Source of the DNA: Candidatus Bathyarchaeota archaeon
GTDB lineage: Archaea; Thermoproteota; Bathyarchaeia; Bathyarchaeales; Bathycorpusculaceae
Assembly: GCA_963715865.1 (NCBI GenBank)
Contig: OY970280.1
Coordinates: 1,376,001-1,440,000, forward strand
Length of the DNA: 64,000 bases
Reading direction: 5' to 3'
This document shows positions 49,060 to 56,673 of the stretch, piece by piece. The stretch's first letter is position 1. Each line of letters starts with the position of its first letter. The position numbers and the translations under genes were made by a program. The notes under the pieces were generated by a model. It did no database searches. It was not told where the DNA came from and worked only from the letters and a program-made list of their open reading frames with translations.

Positions 49060-49522
49060 CTTCGGAAGAGCTTGAATAATACAGAAGCGGTAATGCAAGC
49101 AGTACAGTGTTTTTTCCCTTAGAAGTTAGAGCATACTCCACTCTTAATGGCGGACCAGCAATAACATTTCTTGTTATGTAACCGTGTTTCTGAAGCATCT
49201 TCAGCTTGTCCGACAGCGTGCGGGAATTGACGGTTAAGATTTTTTTGATTTCGCCAAAGCCAATTGCGTCTTTAAGCAGTAGCGTATAGAGGATTTCAAG
49301 GCTCCATTTCTGGAACAAGAGGTTGAAGCTTCCTTGTAGGCTTTCAAGTTCGTCCTTGAGTTCGGTGGGCGTTATCTTCTGAGTCTCTATTATTTGATTA
49401 AACGTTTCCTCTATGCCCTTCAACACTTGATCCATACGTGCTTCTACGATTTTGCGGAATTCAGCGCTTAAAGTTAATGGTGGAACACTCATCTGGTTTA
49501 CACTCGGTGTAACTTGGCTCAC
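49049..49522 (-). CDS. HxlR-family winged-helix regulator
   Basis: KWSLEIL, F.EI and TLSDKLKML...G...PLRVEYALT.KG. Confidence 0.88.
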   Translation of the reverse strand: MSQVTPSVNQMSVPPLTLSAEFRKIVEARMDQVLKGIEETFNQIIETQKITPTELKDELESLQGSFNLLFQKWSLEILYTLLLKDAIGFGEIKKILTVNSRTLSDKLKMLQKHGYITRNVIAGPPLRVEYALTSKGKNTVLLALPLLYYSSSSEVKA

Positions 49523-49597
49523 TTCATAGTTTATAAGGGTTTACTAATACAACAAGGTATACAAAGTACATCAAGAAGGTCACGGAGGAGAGAACTC

Positions 49598-50959
49598 TTG
49601 GAAAAATATGACGCCATAGTTGTTGGCGCAGGAACAGCAGGCTGCTTAGCTGCAAAAACCATCGCTGAATCAGGCTTAAAAGTTTGCATAGTTGAAAAGA
49701 AAAAGCGCGAGCAGATTGGAGAAAAAATCTGCGGCGACGCTCTCGGAGAGCATCATCTAAAGTTTCTGGGTTTAGAAAAACCTTCAGGCGGCGAGTTGGA
49801 AACACGAATTGACGGCATCAAAATCTATTCACCTGACGAAAACACGGTTTTCACCATAGCGGACAAGGACTTTGTCGGTTACTTGCTTAACAGGCGGCTG
49901 TTCGGACAATGGCTACTGAAAAAAGCAACCGACAGAGGCGCTGTTCTTGAGGATAACATGAATTTCCGCTCGCCAATAATTGAGAAAGGCGCAGTAGCTG
50001 GCGTAGTGGCAAAAAACATGAAAACAGGCCAAACCTTGCAGTTGAAGAGCAAGGTTGTTGTTGATGCTAGCGGCTTTTTCGGCGTTGTCAGACACCAGCT
50101 TCCCGCGGAAATGGGCATAGACCGTGAAGTAGAGAACGAGGATGTGGAAGCATGTTATCGGGAAATCCGCCAGCTAAAACAGGAAACCGAGAACACCCGT
50201 TACTGCGAAATTTACCTCAACCAAAAAGTTGCTCCGGGCGGTTACGTGTGGATTTTTCCCAAAGGCGGAGCCAGAGTCAACGTTGGCTTAGGCATATGCA
50301 TGCGCGGCAAATATCCCAGTCCAAAAAAGCAGCTATATGATAACACTTTTACTAAGCCTGCTTTTGAAGGGTCACTTGTTTTGAATGGGGGTGCATGGTT
50401 TGATCCGACACGGAGACCATTGGATAACATGGTTGCTGACGGTGTAATGTTGGTTGGGGATGCTGCCTCTCTGGTAAATCCGATTCATGGCGGCGGCATT
50501 GGTCCGTCGATGCTTAGCGGGTACTTTGCTGGGCAAACAATCGTTGAAGCATTAGCCAAAGGTGAGCCTACCAAAGAAGCCTTGTGGGGACACAACAAGA
50601 AATATATTGAGACATATGGAAAGAAACAGGCAAGTTTAGACGTATTCCGCATGTTCCTATTATCTTGTAGCGACGAAGACCTAAACTACGGCATGAACCA
50701 GAAACTCATGACCGAAGATGACGTGTTAAAGGCAGGCATGGGCGACGACTTCCACCTAAACATAACTGAAACCGCCAAACGAGTATTCCGAGGCATAAGG
50801 CGAGTAGGCTTCCTCAACAAACTTCGGTTAACGGTTACAATGATGAGGCAGGTCGGCGCACACTACAACACTTACCCAGCAACGCCGCAGAACTTTGAGC
50901 CATGGCGATTGCAGACGGTTAAACTTATTGAAGAGGCAAAACAAAAGCTCACAGATTAA
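49598..50959 (+). CDS. Geranylgeranyl reductase family (digeranylgeranylglycerophospholipid reductase-like)
   Basis: YDAIVVGAGTAG, KICGDA, DASG, GGYVWIFPKG and GDAA..VNPIHGGGI; TTG start after GGAGGAG. Confidence 0.9.
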   Translation: MEKYDAIVVGAGTAGCLAAKTIAESGLKVCIVEKKKREQIGEKICGDALGEHHLKFLGLEKPSGGELETRIDGIKIYSPDENTVFTIADKDFVGYLLNRRLFGQWLLKKATDRGAVLEDNMNFRSPIIEKGAVAGVVAKNMKTGQTLQLKSKVVVDASGFFGVVRHQLPAEMGIDREVENEDVEACYREIRQLKQETENTRYCEIYLNQKVAPGGYVWIFPKGGARVNVGLGICMRGKYPSPKKQLYDNTFTKPAFEGSLVLNGGAWFDPTRRPLDNMVADGVMLVGDAASLVNPIHGGGIGPSMLSGYFAGQTIVEALAKGEPTKEALWGHNKKYIETYGKKQASLDVFRMFLLSCSDEDLNYGMNQKLMTEDDVLKAGMGDDFHLNITETAKRVFRGIRRVGFLNKLRLTVTMMRQVGAHYNTYPATPQNFEPWRLQTVKLIEEAKQKLTD

Positions 50960-51062
50960 TCGATTCTGAGCCAGTTTTTTCTTATGCTATTTTTGTCTTT
51001 ATTTTGAAACTCAGTAAAGGCTTAAATTCGCAGTATATGATGCATACATATGGTGAAAAAAT

Positions 51063-51413
51063 TTGGTTTACTGTTCTAAGTGCGGTGAAAAAATCCCAGA
51101 TGACGCTTATTTTTGCCCTAAATGCGGCACTAAAACCGAGAAGGGTAAAGCTGCAAACGCGGCTTATCCTTCTGATGAGCTGCGGGATGCTTTTTATAAG
51201 GTTGGAATAGAGCTTGAGAGAGCATTCAACATTGCAGCGCATGAAACGCACGCAGCCATCCAAAGAGCAGGAAAGAACATGCAGCAAAAATCTGCACAAC
51301 GAGAAAACATTGTTTGTCCTAACTGTAAAACAAAGAACCCGTATGGCTCAATTTTCTGTCATAGCTGCGGCACAAGGATAGCGCCAACTGAAGAGTCACA
51401 TGGCAGTGCTTAG
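51063..51413 (+). CDS. Double zinc-ribbon protein
   Basis: CSKCG...CPKCG and CPNC...CHSCG. Confidence 0.85.
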   Translation: MVYCSKCGEKIPDDAYFCPKCGTKTEKGKAANAAYPSDELRDAFYKVGIELERAFNIAAHETHAAIQRAGKNMQQKSAQRENIVCPNCKTKNPYGSIFCHSCGTRIAPTEESHGSA

Positions 51414-51415
51414 AG

Positions 51416-51889
51416 ATGGATGGAAACAAGGCTCTAATAGCTTATGAAACTAAGGGCGGAGCCACTGAAGAGGCAGCACAGAAAATAGCAGAAATCCTAC
51501 GTTCCAAATATCAATTAGAAGTTGACTTAGTTGACTTGAAAGAGCAAAAAGTGCCTGACCTTTCACAGTACAGAAATTTGGTTATCGGCGGAGGCGTCAG
51601 GGCTGGCAGAGTTTATGATAAAGTGTTAAAGTTTCTTGAAAATGACCTCAGTGGCAAACGTGTGGCTTTTTTTGTTTCCTCGGCTGAGGCTGGGTCGCTT
51701 GGAAGCTATGAGAAAGCAAAAATCAAATTCGTAGAAAACACGTTAGCTAAGTATCCTAAGATTAATCCTGTAGCTACGGAAGCCTTCGGCGGGCGCATAA
51801 AAATCCTTGGAAAAACCGTCACCGACAACAGAGACATGGTTAAGGTAGAAGCTTGGGCAGAAGAGCTTGGAAAAAAATTCACAGCATAA
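51416..51889 (+). CDS. Flavodoxin-fold protein (Flavodoxin_5/HemG-like)
   Basis: AYETKGGAT, VIGGGV and FGGRI. Confidence 0.8.
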   Translation: MDGNKALIAYETKGGATEEAAQKIAEILRSKYQLEVDLVDLKEQKVPDLSQYRNLVIGGGVRAGRVYDKVLKFLENDLSGKRVAFFVSSAEAGSLGSYEKAKIKFVENTLAKYPKINPVATEAFGGRIKILGKTVTDNRDMVKVEAWAEELGKKFTA

Positions 51890-51890
51890 A

Positions 51891-52796
51891 CTAATGTCTG
51901 TTTTTTCTTAAGTATAGGAGTATACCTACGCAGGCAACAGCTACTATTACCATGGAAGCAACGGCGACAGGGACTGTTGGGAAAGGCTCTGGCTTAGTTA
52001 TGGTGAAATTGATGGTTTGTGAAGTGCCAACGTTTCCAGCCTCATCAGTTGCGTAAACCGTCACGTTATGTGCTCCATCAGATAACTGAGTCAACGTCAT
52101 ATTCCCTGTAGTAGTAATGTTCTCATGTCCGTCAAGGCTATACGAGATTTGCGAAACCGTCTTGTTAACCGTGAAATCCAGCGGCACGTCAGATGTGTTG
52201 TAAGCTTTGGTTTCTGGAGATAGGATTGAGATGTTTGGCGGGATGGAGTCAATGTTGAATGAAACTGTTGCGAAAATAGACCACACATAACAACTATAAG
52301 ACAACCAAAATGAATCAGCTCTTATCCAGACTGTTACGTTGTGGGGTCCTTGGGATAAATCAGTTAGGGTCGCGTTGCCCACATAACTATTTCCTATATC
52401 CGAGAGAGCTACGGAAACGTTTTCTGGGAATTCATCAAGGAGGTTAGTGTTTACGATTAGGTCAACAAGTTTAGATGTGTCATAATCCAAAGCACAGCCA
52501 TGCCTTAAAAAAAGGTCAAAAAGACCCCCGCTAAAATTTTCCATTGGTACAACATCGGATTCTATTGTAAAAGCTAATGTAACATTGTTTTCGTTATAGG
52601 TCTTATTATTTTCTGGGGACTGTATGGTGACGTTTGCGTTTGTATTCCCGTTAATGATTGTGTTATTATTAGAGGTTATGTCCCCCTGAACGATGAATGT
52701 CCTTGCTCCATTTTGGATTAACAGTGTTCCAGCTAACACAGAGACAAGAAGTGACAAGATGAGTGTCAATGCTATTGCTTTTTTACTCATGCTCAT
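51891..52796 (-). CDS. Secreted Ig-like domain protein with C-terminal PEPFPT-TM-basic anchor
   Basis: Signal peptide, repeats TIQSPENN.TY / SILSPE.KAY and GPHNVTV / GAHNVTV, tail PEPFPT...GILLYLRKNRH. Confidence 0.8.
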   Translation of the reverse strand: MSMSKKAIALTLILSLLVSVLAGTLLIQNGARTFIVQGDITSNNNTIINGNTNANVTIQSPENNKTYNENNVTLAFTIESDVVPMENFSGGLFDLFLRHGCALDYDTSKLVDLIVNTNLLDEFPENVSVALSDIGNSYVGNATLTDLSQGPHNVTVWIRADSFWLSYSCYVWSIFATVSFNIDSIPPNISILSPETKAYNTSDVPLDFTVNKTVSQISYSLDGHENITTTGNMTLTQLSDGAHNVTVYATDEAGNVGTSQTINFTITKPEPFPTVPVAVASMVIVAVACVGILLYLRKNRH

Positions 52797-52832
52797 CCAA
52801 ATTTACCTAAAAAATGGTTAGCAATAAAAGGG

Positions 52833-52891
52833 TTTTTGTCAAGGTTTCTGGACTAAGCGCCTATGATTTAGTCAAGGTTTCTTGACAAAAA
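52833..52891. repeat. Two dyad boxes GTCAA-GGTTTC-T(G/T)GAC at 33-bp period
   Basis: Boxes at 52838-52853 and 52871-52886; the outer flanks TTTTT...AAAAA and inner flanks TAA...TTA are mutually inverted. Confidence 0.75.
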
Positions 52892-53333
52892 CAAGTTTGC
52901 TATAAGTTTGGTAAATTTTGGGTAGGGGGAGGGGGTATACTATTTGTTTTGTTGTTTGGGTAGCAAATAGCGGGAGGGGGGAGGCAGGTACTGGTACCTC
53001 TTCGTCTGTTCCGTTATCTTCTCTAAAGCCTGTTACATTTCGTCTGCTCAACGGGATTGCTATCGGGATTGGTTTTCTTGGTACAACCTCAAAAGTATAG
53101 AGTACGCCATCTGTTCCCCAACCAGTCATTAATTTCTTGTTTTTGTAGGAGTCATCACAGAAATAGATAACCTCTATTCTTTTACATTCTTTTAATTCCA
53201 GATTGCATTTATGTGCTTCAAAATTTTCAGAGGATAAAATTGTATTACAATGTGAGCATTTAACAATTGCAGAATTAGGGTTTGCTGACATCTCCAATTT
53301 CGGTTCCCCACTGCCCCTTGTTTTTATTAGCAT
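52872..53333 (-). CDS. Passenger gene: hypothetical C2HC Zn-finger protein reading out through the left TIR
   Basis: CSHC...HKC; the TIR itself encodes TDEEVPVP, after which the ORF runs into low-complexity flank sequence. Confidence 0.6.
   Translation of the reverse strand: MLIKTRGSGEPKLEMSANPNSAIVKCSHCNTILSSENFEAHKCNLELKECKRIEVIYFCDDSYKNKKLMTGWGTDGVLYTFEVVPRKPIPIAIPLSRRNVTGFREDNGTDEEVPVPASPLPLFATQTTKQIVYPLPLPKIYQTYSKLVFVKKP
52979..52986 (+). repeat. 8-bp target-site duplication, left copy (GGGAGGCA)
   Basis: Identical octamer at 56666-56673; both copies abut the TIRs. Confidence 0.88.
52987..53010 (+). repeat. Left terminal inverted repeat
   Basis: GGTACTGGTACCTCTTCGTCTGTT versus the reverse complement of the right end, GGCTCTGTTACCTCTCCGACTGTT. 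Confidence 0.88.
53031..53048 (+). repeat. Left subterminal repeat
   Basis: TGTTACATTTCGTCTGCT versus the reverse complement of 56615-56632, TGTTACTTTTCGTCTGCT. Confidence 0.8.
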
Positions 53334-53748
53334 CTACGATATTGTGCAATCTTTTGTTATCAATGACTAATTTATCATTCAACTTTTGCAAGGAATCTAA
53401 TCTTTGTTTTAGCCGTTCAATTTCTTGCTCATAGTCTTTCTGCTGTTGGTTTTTATCTTTAATTGCTTCATAGGCACGCGCTTTCTGTACCAATGCTGTG
53501 AGGTCAAATGCTGATTCAACAAGTTCGCGGTCACTTCCAAAGTCTTTTTGAAACTGATATGTAGCTATTTTAAAACCTAATTCGTTAGGGAAAGATGTAG
53601 TGTGCTTCTTAGCTCTTCTAAAAATATCTTTTCCGTCAACATAGGTATATGTTAAAGTTTTGACTCTTTCAGCTATTATAACTATGTCGCCTTTTGACCA
53701 TTGGTCAATGAATTTCTCTGCTTCGTCAATTATCGCACCTTTTGGCAT
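53275..53748 (-). CDS. Passenger gene: hypothetical protein with C-terminal coiled coil
   Basis: MPKGAIIDEAEK...; heptad-like QQQKDYEQEIERLKQRLDSLQKLNDKL. Confidence 0.7.
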   Translation of the reverse strand: MPKGAIIDEAEKFIDQWSKGDIVIIAERVKTLTYTYVDGKDIFRRAKKHTTSFPNELGFKIATYQFQKDFGSDRELVESAFDLTALVQKARAYEAIKDKNQQQKDYEQEIERLKQRLDSLQKLNDKLVIDNKRLHNIVDANKNKGQWGTEIGDVSKP

Positions 53749-53761
53749 CAATCTTCGCTCA

Positions 53762-53935
53762 CTATACATCTAACTTCCTCACAATGGCAACCCTGCAGCC
53801 GTTTATTATCTCCATTTTCCACTCAAGTTTATCGCTTTCTTTTAGGTCAAGAAAAGCTACTATTCCTTCTGGAACTGTAGCTCGCAAAGATGGCGAGCCT
53901 GGTCTTGCTTCAGTTAATTTACTTTTCAAACTCAT
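53762..53935 (-). CDS. AbrB/MazE-type DNA-binding protein (57 aa)
   Basis: Manual translation MSLKSKLTEARPGSPSLRATVPEGIVAFLDLKESDKLEWKMEIINGCRVAIVRKLDV; GAAGGT RBS-like motif; below the track cutoff. Confidence 0.8.
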   Translation of the reverse strand: MSLKSKLTEARPGSPSLRATVPEGIVAFLDLKESDKLEWKMEIINGCRVAIVRKLDV

Positions 53936-53958
53936 TTTAGTTACCTTCTAAAGACATA

Positions 53959-54038
53959 TACCTACAGGTAGTATTTAAGTTTAATTATTGGTTTGCCAAT
54001 ATGTTTAAATATGTAGTTATATATACTATGTGTAGGTA
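53959..54038. promoter_or_regulatory. Divergent promoter region between the AbrB-like gene and the transposase, with inverted operator-like boxes
   Basis: TACCTACA (53959-53966) and TGTAGGTA (54031-54038) flank an AT-rich core with TATA-like elements on both strands. Confidence 0.6.
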
Positions 54039-54045
54039 GATTAAC

Positions 54046-55175
54046 ATGGCAACAAAACTAACCTCAAGAGAAGAACGCGGTCAAGCAATAGCAGAACTTG
54101 GCGGACAAGTAAAACGAATAGACGGTTGCACTTACACCGTTAAGTCACAGTCTCATAACGGAGAGTACACCGTAAGAAAGTTGACAATGAATGGATATGT
54201 GAATGCCCAGATAACAAGTACCGACACCTAATTTGCAAACATATCTTTGCGGTTGATTTCTCTAGCCAATTAAGAAGTGAGGTGGCAGTTAACCGAGTTA
54301 TTCAAGAAGTTAATGTTAGCAACTGTCAATTTTGCGGTTCAAATAACCTCAAAAAAGACGGCTTGAGAAAAAACAAGTCAGGAACAATTCAAAAATTCTA
54401 TTGCCGAGAATGCCAACACTACTTCACCATTAACATTGGCTTTGAACGTATGAAGCATAATCCTCAAGCCATAACAACCGCTATGCAACTTTATTTTAGC
54501 GGTGAAAGTCTAAGGAATACTCAAAAGTCTCTGAAACTGTTAGGCGTTGACGTTACTCATAAAACGGTTTTCATGTGGATTAAGAAGTACGTTGCTTTGA
54601 TGAAAGATTATGCTGACAGAATAACTCCCAATGTTAGCGATACATGGAGAGCAGATGAAATCTATGTTAAGGTTAGGGGCAATCTGAAATATTTATTTGC
54701 CATAATGGACGATGAAACCCGTTTCCTCATAAGTCAAGAAGTCGCTGAAACCAAAGAAAAGCATGACGCAAGAAACCTATTCATGATGGCAAAACGGTTA
54801 ATGGAAAAACAGCCAAAAACCCTCATAACAGATGGTTTATCCTCTTACTTTGTAGCATCAAAAGAAGTTTTTGATGAAGCCCAACATATACGCAAAATAA
54901 CGCTTGATGGAAAACTGCATAACAATAACAAAATGGAGCGCATGAATGGAGAAATCCGTGACCGAGAAAAGACGATGCGCGGATTAAAAACTAACGATAC
55001 AGCAATCCTAACGGGTTATCAGATATTTCATAACTACATTCGACCGCACCAAGGCTTAGACGGAAAAACGCCTAGTGAAGCATGCGGAATAATGATAGAG
55101 GGAGAAAACAAGTGGAAAACTCTGATTCAGAACGCTTCAAAAGTCCAAGATTTACCGAACCCAAAAGGCATCTAA
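54046..55175 (+). CDS. IS6-like DDE transposase with N-terminal SWIM and Zn-ribbon domains, split by a -1 frameshift at ~54177-54180
   Basis: Joining 54046-54177 to the -1 frame gives ...YTVRKVDNEWICECPDNKYRHLICKHIFAV (SWIM), then CQFC...CREC, an HTH, WRADEIYV, LITDGL and NNKMERMNGEIRDR. Confidence 0.88.
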
Positions 55176-55227
55176 TTAATACGGAAAAACAAGCGGAAAA
55201 TCCTAATACAAAACGCAAGTAGAAAAA

Positions 55228-55434
55228 TTATGCACGAGGTTTAATATACCAATTTTGGTCAATCAAGCAATAGCCATCTTCAACCTTTGCCATTTGGGTT
55301 CTGTGTGAACTTGACCCTTTAACAGGTTTGTTATTCTTTTCAATGGTTCTTGCATATACTGTTGCTGAAACAAAATAAACTTTACACCCAGCCGAAGGAA
55401 ATATATCACTTTTGTTCTGATTTTGATTGGGCAT
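55228..55434 (-). CDS. Passenger gene: small hypothetical protein
   Basis: 68-aa ORF overlapping the stop of the upstream wHTH gene by 29 nt. Confidence 0.45.
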   Translation of the reverse strand: MPNQNQNKSDIFPSAGCKVYFVSATVYARTIEKNNKPVKGSSSHRTQMAKVEDGYCLIDQNWYIKPRA

Positions 55435-55858
55435 CCTTGCACTCTACCTTGTTTTCTGTACCTAATTCATTCAAGGCTTTTAGCACAATCTCGGGGTCTA
55501 AGCATAGGTCAAAAATTATGTCGCTTGTTCTTGCGCCATTATGTTGCTCTATATAATTAAATACAAGTTTTTTAGCTTCATCTATTGGAATGTCACCTTT
55601 TAACTCGATTAATTTTGTATTATCGTCAACAACTAAGTAACCACTAACAGGTTGCTTAAGGTCTGGAATAACCCAATTTGAACAAGAAGTTAAATCACCG
55701 CGCATTCTAAAGTCTGCGGTTCCTGTAATAGTTATAGCTGCATTTTCAGTTGTAATCGACTGAATCTGAGCCCCAGTAAGTACTAAAGAATAATTTTTGC
55801 AATCTAAGGAATAGCTTTTTGTTGCTTCTTCTTTTATTTTTTGAAGCGTCACTAACAC
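55406..55858 (-). CDS. Passenger gene: hypothetical protein with C-terminal winged helix
   Basis: EAKKLVFNYIEQHNGARTSDIIFDLCLDPEIVLKALNEL...V. Confidence 0.75.
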   Translation of the reverse strand: MLVTLQKIKEEATKSYSLDCKNYSLVLTGAQIQSITTENAAITITGTADFRMRGDLTSCSNWVIPDLKQPVSGYLVVDDNTKLIELKGDIPIDEAKKLVFNYIEQHNGARTSDIIFDLCLDPEIVLKALNELGTENKVECKDAQSKSEQK

Positions 55859-55865
55859 CTAACCG

Positions 55866-56081
55866 CTAAGCTACACTAACTACTTGTGCAGATTTTATTA
55901 GGTAGTTGGGTTTACCTGTTAAAGGGTCTGTCTGTTCTAAGCGATATACCTCTGTGAGTATAACATGAACTTTTATTGTGTTGCCATCGGACAATGTATA
56001 TTCGCTAAAATTTTCACCTTTAATTGTAAACTGAACTTGTTCGGCATCTAAAGTTTGCCCATTGGGTAATGTTAATTTCAT
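55866..56081 (-). CDS. Passenger gene: small beta-rich hypothetical protein (71 aa)
   Basis: EYTLSDGNTIKVHVILTEV...GKPNY; paralogous to 56226-56513; GGTGTGG RBS-like motif. Confidence 0.8.
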   Translation of the reverse strand: MKLTLPNGQTLDAEQVQFTIKGENFSEYTLSDGNTIKVHVILTEVYRLEQTDPLTGKPNYLIKSAQVVSVA

Positions 56082-56225
56082 CTAGCCACACCTTAATTTC
56101 TTCTAGAAGTAAATCATTATATCTTTTATGAATTATTAAAGATTATTCCAAAAACTACTTAAGACCGCGTGAAAGCTTGAATAGAAAAAACCCTGCTTGG
56201 TTTTGCCTTAAGTTTTTGCTAGTAA

Positions 56226-56513
56226 TTAGGTTGTGTAAGCCTGTTCACTTTTTTTGTTGACTGTACTCTGAGTTGGTATAGGCGGTGCTGGAGCATAAAA
56301 CGTCTTGTCCTTTGTCTCAATTTCAACTCTTGGATTCAATATAAAGTTGTAAATAGGCGTACCATCAGGTGCTTTTCTATCTATAGCAACACCTACTCTT
56401 GCCAGTTCTACATGAACTTTTAGCAGGTTACCATCTTCTAAACGGAAATTTACCACGTTGCTGCCAACAAGCTTTGCGGAAATTTGCTTAAACTTTATTT
56501 GTTCCTGAGTCAC
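56226..56513 (-). CDS. Passenger gene: small beta-rich hypothetical protein (95 aa)
   Basis: NFRLEDGNLLKVHVELARV...GTPIY; paralogous to 55866-56081. Confidence 0.8.
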   Translation of the reverse strand: MTQEQIKFKQISAKLVGSNVVNFRLEDGNLLKVHVELARVGVAIDRKAPDGTPIYNFILNPRVEIETKDKTFYAPAPPIPTQSTVNKKSEQAYTT

Positions 56514-56614
56514 AAGACATCACTAGTTTCTTATTGAGAGCACGATGTATAATAAACTTTGGAACTGTTTGAGATTCTTGCTTTCGAGTCAAGTCAAATA
56601 ACTTTACGCAAATT

Positions 56615-56632
56615 AGCAGACGAAAAGTAACA
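56615..56632 (-). repeat. Right subterminal repeat
   Basis: AGCAGACGAAAAGTAACA, an inverted 17/18 match to 53031-53048. Confidence 0.8.
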
Positions 56633-56641
56633 TGGAGATGA

Positions 56642-56665
56642 AACAGTCGGAGAGGTAACAGAGCC
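56642..56665 (-). repeat. Right terminal inverted repeat
   Basis: AACAGTCGGAGAGGTAACAGAGCC; its reverse complement begins GGCTCTGTT, like IS6-family ends. Confidence 0.88.
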
Positions 56666-56673
56666 GGGAGGCA
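56666..56673 (+). repeat. 8-bp target-site duplication, right copy (GGGAGGCA)
   Basis: Identical to 52979-52986. Confidence 0.88.

Larger units (their letters stand above)
52987..56665. mobile_element. 3,679-bp IS6-like unit transposon with passenger genes
   Basis: 24-bp imperfect TIRs (19/24 identical, GG-initiated), 18-bp subterminal inverted repeats (17/18), 8-bp TSD, internal DDE transposase and AT-richer cargo. Confidence 0.88.

Noticed and set aside
52920-52986. G-quadruplex element
   Set aside because: G-runs are present but loop lengths are irregular, and nothing suggests function beyond base composition.
53742-53951. 69-aa plus-strand ORF from the track
   Set aside because: It is the shadow of the minus-strand AbrB-like gene 53762-53935.
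52987-56665. Tn7-like or casposon identity for the element
   Set aside because: The ends start with GG, the TSD is 8 bp, and there is no TnsC-like ATPase, Cas1 or PolB gene.
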